A stretch of 45,102 nucleotides of DNA from Mustelus asterias (Eukaryota): the NCBI RefSeq assembly GCF_964213995.1, contig NW_027590427.1, positions 310,001-355,102 on the forward strand, written 5' to 3'. Positions 34,678-45,102 of the stretch are shown piece after piece. The stretch's first letter is position 1. Each line of letters opens with the position of its first letter. The notes under the pieces are model-generated. The model did not search any database. It had not been told where the DNA came from and saw only the letters and a program-made list of their open reading frames with translations. The position numbers and the translations under genes are program-made.

Positions 34678-35020
34678 GGGGCGGCACGGTAGCACAGTGG
34701 TTAGCACTGCTGCTTCACAGCTCCAGGGTCCCGGGTTCGATTCCCGGCTCGGGTCACTGTCTGTGTGGAGTTTGCACATTCTCCTCGTGTCTGCGTGGGT
34801 TTCCTCCGGGTGCTCCGGTTTCCTCCCACAGTCCAAAGATGTGCGGGTTAGGTTGATTGGCCAGGTTAAAAAAATTGCCCCTTAGAGTCCTGGGATGCGT
34901 AGGTTAGAGGAATTAGCGGGTAAAATATGTGGGGGTAGGGCCTGGGTGGGATTGTGGTCGGTGCAGACTCGATGGGCCGAATGGCCTCCTTCTGCACTGT
35001 AGGGTTTCTATGCTTCTATG
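34678..35020 (+). mobile_element. Full-length, young HE1-type SINE
   Basis: Intact A box (GGTAGCACAGTGG), B box (GGTTCGATTCC), CpGs retained, (TTCTATG)n tail. Confidence 0.96.
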
Positions 35021-35062
35021 ATCAGCTGGTCGAGCGATAACTCGCCCGACCTAAAGCATCTG

Positions 35063-35157
35063 CGCGTCAGGTGAGGCTCGAATTTAAAACCTGGGCATAG
35101 CCCGCAGGACGCACTGCTGTATAAACACCATGCGCTAACCGATTGCGCCACTGGGGC
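35063..35157 (-). pseudogene. Intron-containing tRNA-Ile(TAT) pseudogene (21-nt intron 35099-35119)
   Basis: Minus strand GCCCCAGTGGCGCAATCGGTTAGCGCATGGTGTTTATA-cagcagtgcgtcctgcgggct-ATGCCCAGG...TTCGAGCCTCACCTGACGCG. Stems are mismatched. Confidence 0.85.
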
Positions 35158-36101
35158 ACTGCGCCCTACGCATTTGTGTCAGAATATTAAAGGCTACCAC
35201 AGCGTCACCTCCATTAATAACAGTCATTTGACGCCACATTTCAGAGAGGGGAACAAACCCATCAAAGATTCTCTCTTCCACAATGAGTAAGACAGGGACA
35301 GGCAGCAGGATCTTACCCCGCACTCTCCAATCGCCCACAGACAGCAGAAAGTGGTAAGTGGCAACTGCAGCTTCAATCAGGGAGTTACTGCCCATGCCAG
35401 GGACACAGAATACTCTAACCCAGGTAAAACGTCACAATATACCGATCAGAGACTCATCAAATCGCAGATAGATTATCGCCCACTCACTGAGCATTCGAGT
35501 AGCATTTACACAATACCCGAGCGAGTCACAAACAACATTTACAGCAACTTTCCAAAACTTTTCAGTGATAAATTCCTTCATTTGGCTGAAAATCTGACTG
35601 TTGTGAATCTGAAAATGGGCACCCTGGGATTTGTGTTACCCAGAGACCTGTCTCCCACTGTTCGTCCGTCAGGTTGTGTTTGTGTTGTACATTGAAGCGC
35701 CTGTCATTTCAAAATGAGGAGAGAACAAAGAAAATATTAAATTGTGGAACAAATCCTGAGGGAAACGGATCATAATATTGGAAGGAGATGCAGTTGTGAA
35801 TGGTGTTATTGATGATTGTATCGAAAGTATTGGATCCTTGGGCTTCTGGTGGTCAGTTCCCTTCCCTCCCGTTGAATTCCTCCCTCTGACAAGAGACATG
35901 GATTCATTTTAGCTGCACGTTCATAGGAGAAAGGGTATAACCGCTACACCACAGCAATACTACGGATTCGAAATGAACAAAGAGACTTGTGTAGACTTGT
36001 AAATGGTGCGGTGATGCTGTAGTTCTGGAACAGGTTTCGCAGAAATAGAATTGTGATCATTGACACCGTGGATTAGAATATCGTTAACAGCTGCTGTATC
36101 A

Positions 36102-36175
36102 GTCTCTGTGGTGCAATTGGTCAGCGCGCTCGGCTGTTAACCGAAAGGTTGGTGGGTCCAGACCACCCAGGGACG
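36102..36175 (+). pseudogene. tRNA-Asn(GTT), probable pseudogene
   Basis: Matches the Asn consensus, but the T loop/B box reads GTCCAGA instead of TTCGAGC. Confidence 0.85.
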
Positions 36176-36371
36176 GAGCTTGTACTGTTTCCTTCCCATG
36201 ATCCTTCAAAAGCAAACAGTTGCGGGTTGGCAATGGGTCCGTGGGCGTCAGTAAAAATAGCTCTCAAGTTTTACCGGCTCTACTGTCTTCTGGTGTCAGT
36301 TTGAGTGTTGACGCTGCCGGAGAAATGGAGAGCTGGATTTCACCCAGAAAAGCAGCAAAGTTTAAAAACAG

Positions 36372-36400
36372 TGGCGCCCAACTTGGGGTTGGAACCCATG
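36372..36400 (-). pseudogene. 3' fragment of tRNA-Lys(CTT)
   Basis: Minus strand CATGGGTTCCAACCCCAAGTTGGGCGCCA, followed by a T5 run. Confidence 0.6.
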
Positions 36401-36502
36401 TCCATTAACAGTGATAAGTTAATGTTGTTCAGCAGAATTACCACAAGACGGTTTATCACAGGTTGATACTAACACTGCAGTAAAATTAAATGCAGTAGAA
36501 AA

Positions 36503-36804
36503 GGACGGCATGATGGCACAGTGGTTAGTAATGATGCGTCACACCGCCATTGGCTCAGGTTAAATTCCTCAGGTCACTGCCTGTGCGGAGTTTGCACCTT
36601 GTCTGCGTGGGTTTCCTCCATGTGCTCCGGTTTCCTTTCCAAACATGTGTGAGTTCGGTTGCTTGGCCATGCTAAATTGACCCGCCTGTCAGCGGGATTA
36701 TCAGGGTAAATATGTGGGTTTCCGGGCATAGGGCGTGGGTGGGATTGTTGTCAGTGCGGACCCGATGGGCCGAACGGTCTCCTTCTGTACTGTAGGGATT
36801 CTAC
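36503..36804 (+). mobile_element. HE1-type SINE (diverged)
   Basis: GGACGGCATGATGGCACAGTGGTTAG...GGGCCGAACGGTCTCC...GGGATTCTA. Confidence 0.88.
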
Positions 36805-37010
36805 AAGAATGTTTCATTGTTCATTTTGACTGTAGGAACCAAAAGAGGCAATGCAAGTATAAATTGCTGTGGGTAATTGACGAGCTTGTGGAATGGGGCG
36901 GATTTTTCTCTCTGCTGTTGGAACTGGCAGCAATATCACTCATGCATTCGATCAAGAAGTAACTGCAACTCCACCTGCATCATGTCCTGCAAGAAAACAA
37001 TAAATCTTCA

Positions 37011-37072
37011 TTTTCTGACCGGGAATCGAACAGTGGTGAAAACAACAAATCCTAACCATTGACCACCAGGGA
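37011..37072 (-). pseudogene. tRNA-Glu(TTC) pseudogene with an internal deletion
   Basis: Minus strand TCCCTGGTGGTCAATGGTTAGGATTTGTTGTTTTCACCACT-GTTCGATTCCCGGTCAGAAAA. Confidence 0.8.
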
Positions 37073-37189
37073 AACTGCCTGCAATGGTTTTAATCTCGCC
37101 TATCTATGGTAACTTGGCGCATTTTTTTCAATTTCAGCGGGGTTTTTTTGTATTCCAGGGACATGTCCGTCTGACAAGAGCCTCTTGAT

Positions 37190-37800
37190 ATAAACAAATT
37201 TCCTGCGGATGCTGGAATCTGAAACAAGGTCAAAAAATGCCAGAAAATCTCAACAGGTCTGAAAGCCTCTTTGAAGAGAGAATAGAGCTAACGTTCAAAG
37301 TCAGGGTGACCTTCGTCGGAGCTGAAGACAAAGAAACGTGGACGAAATTTATACTGTAATGGTGAGGGATATGGGTGAGGGGTGGGTGGCAAATGTGTCA
37401 CATATCAATCAAAAAAACATAAAGGCAAATTAAATGGTGGTGATCATGGCTGAGAAGGGTGCTGCAGGCTGCGCATTTAGAGATCAGAATGTGTTAATGG
37501 CAGAACAAAGGAAATGTAGGATTTGGCCCGAGTGGGATGGAGGGAGAGGGGGCAACAAGATGAAAAGTGAGATTTAAATAAACAGTGCAAAACATGGAAC
37601 TCAAAAAATAAATATCGATATAAAAGAAAAAATATTAATTAATAAAAATAATTAGAATAAAATTAAATAAAACAAAATAAATGGAAATGGGGTGAAGATG
37701 GAGGAAAGGAGATGCTCTGACGTTGTTGAACTCAGTGTTAAGTCTGGAATGCAGTAAGATCCGAATCGTGACATCGGGGGATGTTCCTCCAGTTTGCATT
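37190..37800 (-). mobile_element. Penelope-derived pLTR-like fragment with degenerate hammerhead (~37285-37325)
   Basis: Same terminus as 9520 (AAATT..TGCGGATGCTGGAATCTGAAAC). Minus strand reads AGCT-CCGACGA-AGGTCA-CCC-TGACTT-TGAACGTT-AGCT. The right boundary is uncertain. Confidence 0.55.
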
Positions 37801-38629
37801 GGAATGCCTCTTGATACCATTGTTTATTGCCCCTTCCGTCACATTACTGATGATCAAGAGTAGATTGGTAGTAATGTGGAGCATTGGATTTGACCTGATT
37901 TTTGTAAACCGGGCAATCGTGTGCAAGTTGTAGCATTGGCGATTGATGCCAGTGTTGTAGTTTAGGAACAGCTTAGCTGAAGCTGCGGCAAATTCTGAAG
38001 CGCAATTCTTCAGCACCATTGCCAGAATAATTTTCAGGGCCGTAGCATTTGCTCTTTCCAATGCCTTCAAGTTTTTTTTTCTTGAAACGGTATGGAACAG
38101 TGAAGTGTATCTGTTCTGTTCAGTGTCTACCCCATTCTTGCTCTTTTTCTTTTCTCTCTGTAGATCTGCCTCAGTCCTTCCCTCTCTCAGTCTAACTATC
38201 CATTCCCCTTTTTTGTTTTTGTTCCTTCTCTTCTCTCCCTGCCTGTGTGGAACCAAATTTAACTGAATTGATTCCTGAAATGAGGCAGTTGTTGAGCTCG
38301 GATTTGATTGAAAGTGGGGGAGGAGACTCAATGGGACATGTGATCTCATCCAATTCCATTCATTTGGTTCATTGCCAATACCAGCTCTGACAGCAATGAC
38401 TTCTGCTGGTGTCCTTGATGGGAAATCTGAGACACTAAATTTAGGATATGATATTTATGAAGGAGGGGGATCACATTCTCCCACTGTTCGATTTTCACTT
38501 ACATTACTATAAACGTTATGAACAGCTTTGGTCAAACATGTGATTACTAAAATTTAATGCAGTCGAATGAATCATCATTCATTTTGATTCGAGGAACCAG
38601 CAGAGAGAATGTAAAGTGAGCAACTGGAT

Positions 38630-38780
38630 AAAAGCAAATTACTGTGGATGCTGGAGTCTGAAAGCAAATGTGTCACAGAAAACTTTGACAAAGGGTCATC
38701 CGGACCGAAACGTCAACTCTTTTCTCTTCTACAGATGCTGCCAGACATAATGTGATTTTCCAGAGTTTTCTCTTTTGGTT
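38630..38780. mobile_element. Two inverted Penelope-derived pLTR fragments
   Basis: AAAAGCAAATTACTGTGGATGCTGGAG followed by the opposite-orientation TTGACAAAGGGTCATCCGGACCGAAACGTCAACTC...TTTGGTT. AAAGTGAGCAACTG is duplicated on both sides. Confidence 0.6.
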
Positions 38781-38864
38781 AAAGTGAGCAACTGACGGGC
38801 TTGCCGGACGAGTTTAGTTGCTCTACCAGTAAATCGGAGCTGCATCAAGTACGTACGTTGGTAT

Positions 38865-38937
38865 GTTCCTGCAGTGTATTGGTTATCACGCTCGCCTTGC
38901 ATCGAGAAAGTCCACGGTTCGAAGCCAGGCAGAAACA
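38865..38937 (+). pseudogene. tRNA-Val-derived pseudogene
   Basis: GTTCCTGCAGTGTATTGGTTATCACGCTCGCCTTGCATCGAGAAAGTCCACGGTTCGAAGCCAGGCAGAAACA. Confidence 0.8.
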
Positions 38938-41384
38938 TTTCCAAATATTGATTGGAACCTTTGTAGGTCAAATAGTTTGGATGGGGCACTTTTTGTGCAG
39001 TGTGTGCAGGAGGGTTTCCTGACACAATATGTGGATAGGCCGACAAGGGGTGAGGCCACATTGGATTTGGTACTGGGAAATGAATCGGGCCAAGTGTTAG
39101 ATTTGGTTGTGGGAGAGAACTTTGGAGATAGTGACCACAATTCGGTGTCTTTTGTTATTGCAATGGAGAGGGATAGGGCCGGACGGCAGGGCAAGGCTTA
39201 CAATTGGGGGAGAGGTAATTATGATGCGATTAGGCAAGAATTAGGGGGCATAAGATGGGAACAGAAACTGTCAGGGAAAGGCACTGATGAAAAGTGGAAC
39301 TTTTTCAAGGAACAAATACTGGGTGTCCTTGATAGGTATGTCCCTGTCAGGCAGGGAGGAAATGGCCGAGTGAGGGAACCGTGGTTCACAAAAGAGGTGG
39401 AATGTCTTGTGAAAAGGAAGAGGGAAGCTTATGTAGGGATGAGGAAACAAGGTTCAGATGGCTCGATTGAGGGTTACAAGTTAGCAAGGAATGAGCTGAA
39501 AAAGGGGCTGAGGAGAGCTAGGAGGGGACATGAGAAGTCCTTGGCGGGTCGGATCAAGGAAAACCCCAAGGCTTTTTACTCTTATGTGAGGAATAAAAGA
39601 ATGACCAGGGTGAGGTTAGGGCCGGTCAAGGACAGTGGTGGGAACTTGTGTATGGAATCAGTAGAGATAGGCGAGGTGATGAATGAATACTTTTCTTCAG
39701 TGTTCACCAAGGAGAGGGGCCATGTTTTTTCAGGAAGAGAAGGTGTTACAGGCTAATAGGCTGGAGGAAATAGATGTTCGGAGGGAGGATGTATTGGCAG
39801 TTTTGAATAAACTGAAGGTCGATAAGTCCCCTGGGCCTGATGAAATGTATCCTAGGATTCTTTGGGAGGCGAGGGATGAGATTGCAGAGCCTTTGGCTTT
39901 GATCTTTGGGTCCTCGCTGTCCACGGGGATGGTGCCAGAGGACTGGAGAGTGGCAAATGTTGTTCTTCTGTTTAAGAAAGGGAATAGAAATGACCCTGGT
40001 AATTATAGACCGGTTAGTCTGACTTCGGTGGTTGGTAAATTGATGGAAAAGGTCCTTAGGGATGGGATTTACGACCATTTAGAAAGATGCGGATTAATCC
40101 GGGATAGTCAGCACGGATTTGTGAAGGGCAAATCGTGCCTCATAAATTTGATAGAATTTTTTGAGGAGGTAACTAGGTGTGTTGATGAAGGTAGGGCGGT
40201 TGATGTCATATACATGGATTTTAGTAAGGCGTTTGATAAGGTCCCCCATGGTCGGCTTATGATGAAAGTAAGGAGGTGTGGGATAGAGGGAACGTTGGCC
40301 GATTGGATAGGTAACTGGCTATCTGATCGAAGACAGAGGGTGGTGGTGGATGGAAAATTTTCGGACTGGAGGCAGGTTGCTAGCGGAGTGCCGCAGGGAT
40401 CGGTGCTTGGTCCTCTGCTCTTTGTGATTTTTATTAATGACTTAGAGGAGGGGGCTGAAGGGTGGATCAGTAAATTTGCTGATGACACCAAGATTGGTGG
40501 AGTAGTGGATGAGGTGGAGGGCTGTTGTAGGCTGCAAAGAGACATAGATAGGATGCAAAGCTGGGCTGAAAAATGGCAAATGGAGTTTAACCCTGATAAA
40601 TGTGAGGTGATTCATTTTGGTAGCACTAATTTAAATGTGGATTACAGGGTCAAAGGTAGGGTTCTGAAGACTGTGGAGGAACAGAGAGATCTTGGGGTCC
40701 ATATCCACAGATCTCTAAAGGTTGCCACTCAAGTGGATAGAGCTGTGAAGAAGGCATATAGTGTGTTAGCTTTTATTAACAGGGGGTTGGAGTTTAAGAG
40801 CCGTGGGGTTATGCTGCAACTGTACAGGACCTTGGTGAGACCGCATTTGGAATATTGCGTGCAGTTCTGGTCACCTCACTATAAGAAGGATGTGGAAGCG
40901 CTGGAAAGAGTGCAGAGGAGATTTACCAGGATGCTGCCTGGTTTCGAGTGTCGGTCTTATGAGGAAAGGTTGAGGGAGCTGGGGCTGTTCTCTCTGGAGC
41001 GGAGGAGATTGAGGGGAGACTTAATAGAGGTTTATAAAATGATGAAGGGGATAGATCGAGTGAACGTTCAAAGACTATTTCCTCGGGTGGATGGAGCTAT
41101 TACCAGGGGGCATAACTATAGGGTTCATGGTGGGAGATATAGGAAGGATATCAGAGGTAGGTTCTTCACGCAGAGAGTGGTTGGGGTGTGGAATGGATTG
41201 CCTGCAGTGATAGTGGAGTCAGACACTTTAGGAACATTTAAGCGGTTATTGGATAGGCACATGGAGCACACCAGGATGGTAGGGAGTGGGATAGCTTGAT
41301 CTTGGTTTCAGATGAAGGTCGGCACAACATCGTGGGCCGAAGGGCCTGTTCTGTGCTGTAATGTTCTATGTTCTATGTTCTATG
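38938..41384 (+). mobile_element. Young 5'-truncated CR1/HER1-type LINE (one frameshift near 39730)
   Basis: Begins in the APE domain (FPNIDW...LDLVL...SDH), with the RT in ORF 39683-41299 and a (TGTTCTA)n tail. Confidence 0.97.
39683..41299 (+). CDS. CR1 ORF2 reverse transcriptase region (frameshifted from the upstream endonuclease part)
   Basis: Motifs KSPGPD, NYRPVSLTS, DFSKAFD, GVPQGSVLGP, FADD. Confidence 0.88.
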   Translation: MNTFLQCSPRRGAMFFQEEKVLQANRLEEIDVRREDVLAVLNKLKVDKSPGPDEMYPRILWEARDEIAEPLALIFGSSLSTGMVPEDWRVANVVLLFKKGNRNDPGNYRPVSLTSVVGKLMEKVLRDGIYDHLERCGLIRDSQHGFVKGKSCLINLIEFFEEVTRCVDEGRAVDVIYMDFSKAFDKVPHGRLMMKVRRCGIEGTLADWIGNWLSDRRQRVVVDGKFSDWRQVASGVPQGSVLGPLLFVIFINDLEEGAEGWISKFADDTKIGGVVDEVEGCCRLQRDIDRMQSWAEKWQMEFNPDKCEVIHFGSTNLNVDYRVKGRVLKTVEEQRDLGVHIHRSLKVATQVDRAVKKAYSVLAFINRGLEFKSRGVMLQLYRTLVRPHLEYCVQFWSPHYKKDVEALERVQRRFTRMLPGFECRSYEERLRELGLFSLERRRLRGDLIEVYKMMKGIDRVNVQRLFPRVDGAITRGHNYRVHGGRYRKDIRGRFFTQRVVGVWNGLPAVIVESDTLGTFKRLLDRHMEHTRMVGSGIA

Positions 41385-42051
41385 GCTTTGTTTCAAAATG
41401 GTTCAGATTACAGAGTTATTCTCGTTTATCACGAAACATTAGTTGAACTATTGAGCTTTCTACGGCATTTCAGGCGGAAATAACTCAGTAAAGAATATAA
41501 AAGGGAAGGTCTGTGACAGTGAGCAAGACAGGATGGATTAACTGACACAAGGAATAACGGTCAAGGGCAACATTGGTTGGTTCCGGTTATTTTTAAACTT
41601 TGCTGCTTTTCTCAGTGTACTCCAGCTCTCCATTCCTCCCGCAGTGTCACCGCTCAAACTGAGCCTTTCTCCATCCCGCTTTGTAAATTTCACAATTACT
41701 GCTTTCTGAATGAAAACTGCTTGCAATCAGTCGAAGTCAAATAGTTTAGTATTTCATTTATGGAGAGGTTTTCTTGTAATTTAGCCCGAGAATGTTATCC
41801 AGAAATGAGTGCTATTTCTGTCAATACAAACGGTTAAATCTGACCCATTACCACCCAGATTTTACCTTGTATCACCATCTCTATAGGCAGCGTTTTGCAT
41901 CATATCACTGTTTTTCACTATTTGTGTTTGTTCTTGACCTATTGCACGTGTGACATTTCCAACTCGGAAGCAAAAATGCAAATCTCACTCCACCGATTCT
42001 GGCAGAGCTGCTTTGGACCAGGAAGTATTGCTGTTTTGTTTATAAAAATAA

Positions 42052-42122
42052 TTAAGTCTTAATATATCGAACGCAGCCTGCGACCCTGAAAGCGCCAAAT
42101 CCTAACCACGAGACCACCAGGA
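42052..42122 (-). pseudogene. tRNA-Glu(TTC) pseudogene
   Basis: Minus strand TCCTGGTGGTCTCGTGGTTAGGATTTGGCGCTTTCA...GTTCGAT. The 3' end is decayed. Confidence 0.72.
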
Positions 42123-42279
42123 TCCCATCTGCCTGATTTTCCGAGAGACTGATTACAGGAATATGCACAGCGCCAATTGTCCACAAGTCACACACTCCTT
42201 TCTGTCTGTTAAGATTTGAAATTCTTCATATTTTCACATTGGCTTCCAGTGTGATGAAAGCAGAGCTCTGATCAGCTGA

Positions 42280-42358
42280 TGTTGTTCAGTCAAGTTACCA
42301 CAGTAAGGTTGATATCTGCTGTTGTTCAGTCAAGTTACCACAGTAAGGTTGATATCTG
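42280..42358. repeat. 40-bp tandem duplication
   Basis: TGTTGTTCAGTCAAGTTACCACAGTAAGGTTGATATCTG occurs twice. Confidence 0.9.
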
Positions 42359-42578
42359 TTCGATGCTAACATTGCTCTTTGAATGTGATCAGCTGCAGTA
42401 AAATTTAATGCAGTTGAAGGTAGCGTACTCATTTTTACAGGAGCAACCAGCAAGGGCAATGTAAATATGAATTGGTGTGGGTAATTGACGGGATTGTGCA
42501 ACGGGACTGATATTTCTCCCTGCTGTTCAAATTGGCACAAGTATTGAGCGACGATTTTCAGATGGTTGCCGTGAGTTG

Positions 42579-42651
42579 GGTTTCGTGGTGTAATGGTGAG
42601 CACTCTGGACTTTGAATCCAGCAATCCGAGTTCAAATCTCGGCTGGAGCCT
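42579..42651 (+). tRNA. tRNA-Gln(TTG), function doubtful
   Basis: D, anticodon and T arms are intact. The acceptor stem has three G-U pairs and one extra C after the T stem. Confidence 0.75.
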
Positions 42652-42907
42652 TGCTTTAATTTGCAAAGGCAGATGATTGATTTGCTGAAGGGCGCTTCGT
42701 TTCAATTTCTCACAAAGCAAGAACAGAGAGGACAATTTGTCAGCCAGTTCAACTGCTATTACAATGCACATTGCTGAGCCTCAGGCGCCAGATCCCTGCA
42801 ACGTTAGTGTTTTTCATCTTTTCGCTGTTCTTTAACTCCTCTGTTGAAAAAAAGCAGTTGGTGTCACACAATAACAATTCGACTGGAGTCTGGCAATTAT
42901 TGAGCAA

Positions 42908-42978
42908 GTGTGTGAGCGCGTGTGTGTGTGTGTGAGCGAGAGAGAGAGTGTGTAGGTGTGTGTGTGTGTGTGTGTGTG
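42908..42978. repeat. (GT)n/(GA)n compound microsatellite
   Basis: Seen directly in the sequence. Confidence 0.95.
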
Positions 42979-43323
42979 TTTTGGGATAAAAGTCGACTGT
43001 CTTCCGTCAGAGTGCTGTTGATTCCACGGGTAACGTGTCGCACTCTGGCCTCTCACCGCCTAACTTTTGTTTAAATTGAGACAGATAACAGAGTGAATTA
43101 CACCGCTAGGTGGACACAGTGCCCACTGTAGCTTCCCTGCCTCTCAGCGCTTTGTATTCTTGAGCAATCGTTCTCTGGGGCTGATGCAATGACGCCAAGA
43201 GAGTCATTCGCTGCAACATCTGCAATGTGATTGCGGTGTAATTTGCTGAAATTTCCACTTTCTGAGAATTTAAAATTAAATTCCCTTCAGCAAACCCATT
43301 ATCTCCTTCAGCAAAAAAAAGCA

Positions 43324-43396
43324 ATCTTTTACCATGCTCTGAACTCCGATTACTGCATTCGGAGTCCAGGGTGCTCACCATCACAGCACAGAAACA
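43324..43396 (-). pseudogene. tRNA-Gln pseudogene
   Basis: Minus strand GTTTCTGTGCTGTGATGGTGAGCACCCTGGACTCCGAATGCAGTAATCGGAGTTCAGA. Confidence 0.7.
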
Positions 43397-43517
43397 GGAA
43401 CAGAGCCACCTGATGCAAATGGTCACTCAAAGCATGTGACCTTTTTCATTCAATGTGGCAGCAACAGCAAGTGAATCAAATGCTTTGAGTGATTTGCAGC
43501 CGGCTGCTATGTTGTAG

Positions 43518-43581
43518 GTTCTCTGGTCTAATGGTGAACACTCTGATCCCAACAAACCGCGTCTAAATTTAGGTGGATCCT
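43518..43581 (+). pseudogene. tRNA-Gln pseudogene with deleted anticodon arm
   Basis: GGTTCTCTGGTCTAATGGTGAACACTCTG...AAATTTAGGTGGATCCT. The downstream flank is homologous to that of 42579. Confidence 0.6.
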
Positions 43582-43779
43582 TGCTCTTATTTGCCATTGC
43601 TGAGGATTGATTTGTCGAAGGAACTTTTGTTTAAATTCCTTACAACGCATTAATTGCGGTGGGGGGGGGGGGGGGGGGGAGGGGTGGGGGGGGGAGTGGA
43701 ATTTGTCAGCCAGTTCAACTTCTATTACATTGCACTTTTCTGAGTCTCTGGCGAGAGATGCCTGCATCAGCAATGTTTT

Positions 43780-44100
43780 TTATTTATTTCATCTTTCTCT
43801 GCTCTTTAAATCCCCGCTTGTTTTCCATATCCTTTTAATTAGTTTTTTAAGTTGGAAATATATCTATCTTCTTATTGAAATCATCCAGCGATTCAGACTC
43901 CACCGTGCTATGGGGCAGCGAGTTCCACCAATTCACCACACTCTGCGAGAAGTACTTCCTTCTCATCTCACTTTTAAATCCACCGCCTCTCAATCTATAC
44001 CTGTGACCTCTTGTTCGGGATGGTTTACGTTTAATCGATCGATCCCTTTTAGAATTATATTGCCTCGGTCAGATCCCCTCTCATCCTTCTAAACTTCAGC
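43780..44100 (-). mobile_element. CR1-type LINE 3' fragment
   Basis: TTCACCACACTCTGCGAGAAG..TTCCT and AGATCCCCTCTCATCCTTCT are the reverse complement of CR1 3' coding motifs. Confidence 0.75.
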
Positions 44101-45102
44101 ATCTTGTGGGACTATTTCACCTTACTGTCAATTTCATGATGCAGCGAACTCAACCCGTGTTGTCATTGGCTGAAGGAGGCACTTATGTACCATCCAAACA
44201 GGAGATTTTGAAGGAGCAACTTGTCGATGGTAAAACCAATCTGAGATGAAAATAATGAGCAAAGGAATATGAGGTCAATCGGTTTGAGAAACTAAGTTCA
44301 CTAGTTGCCCTGGAGTCCACTGGTTTGTGTTCCGCACTCTGCTAGTGAGGTTTGGGTTCAATTCTCTCTCAGGAAAATAATTACTGCTCTGGCAAAACTG
44401 TTAGAAATAATCCGATTTACTCTCTGATCGGAAGCGGAGCTATTAAATTCAGTCGAGTGATATTTTCAAGTTTACTTCATTGGAAAGATCACAAGTGCAA
44501 ACGTTCATGGAAAGACACTGAAAGAGAAGGACAGCAATGGGCTGCAAAAGGCTGCCAATAGAGCTGGTGATATAAGGAAAAATCTGGATGGCAATGGGTC
44601 AGATCTTCCCATGTACACTGGCACTGAATTATGAAACTTATCCCTCACTCTTCAATGAAAAACATTTCGAAATATTTCAGTGCGGTTTGAACCGTCGGAA
44701 GCGAAAGTGACAACAGTCGAGAGTATTTGCGGCATGTTGTCATTGGCTGGACACATCATTGGGAGTGAATCAGAACGTGCCATTTTGCAGGAGAATATTG
44801 TTTGTGGTGAAAGTGGTCTGGAGTAAAAATTACAATAACAAAAGGAGCGTGGATGAAGCAAATTGTAAAACACGCTGTAACTTGGTGGTCAGAGTTGGAT
44901 ACTGCTCTTTTGATTGCAGATCAGAAAATGAAGATTTGCTGCTCTCGCCCAAACCGTGAAACCAAATAAGTTATTTCCTGGAAATGCATAGAAATCTCAG
45001 TCTCGCCTTGTGCCCTGTCCTTTCTGAAGTAAAGACCCTGAGCAAATTCAGCAGAAAGTTTTATTGTAATTTCTGGCAGGAGATTGGGAAGCAGACGAGT
45101 TT

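Noticed and set aside
36365-36390. LTR end plus Lys primer-binding site (CA-G-TGGCGCCCAAC)
   Set aside because: tRNA similarity extends ~29 nt, beyond an 18-nt PBS. A T5 terminator follows on the minus strand and no LTR or gag sequence is visible, so a tRNA-Lys gene fragment explains it better.
38863-39756. 297-aa ORF as a novel gene
   Set aside because: It is a chance in-frame read from a tRNA pseudogene into the CR1 endonuclease/linker region.
8800-44959. Remaining short ORFs in the track
   Set aside because: They overlap SINEs, antisense LINE sequence or tRNA spacers and have no recognisable domains.

Overview
Eukaryotic DNA, inferred to be from a cartilaginous fish (shark) because of its HE1-type SINEs, CR1/HER1-type LINEs and V-segment style. 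No intact host protein-coding gene is visible. 1-8258 is a 69-bp tandem satellite with ~2.0-kb higher-order structure. It ends at an internally deleted Penelope-like element carrying an intact minimal hammerhead ribozyme. ~8580-15900 is a decayed tandem array of five ~1.2-kb units, each holding a tRNA-Val pseudogene. The rest is a mixed tRNA gene/pseudogene cluster (Pro, Arg, Val, Ile, Asn, Lys, Glu, Gln). It is interleaved with four T-cell-receptor alpha/delta-type V pseudogenes (two retain 23-bp-spacer RSSs) and many SINE/LINE insertions, including two young CR1 copies with open RT frames. Most notable: a consensus-perfect tRNA-Pro(AGG) gene with an 18-nt intron at the canonical 37/38 site, TCR V relics embedded in a tRNA cluster, a satellite monomer resembling part of an LF-SINE-like element, and a locally templated inverted insertion in a V CDR1. 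Family assignments come from recalled consensus sequences, not database searches.
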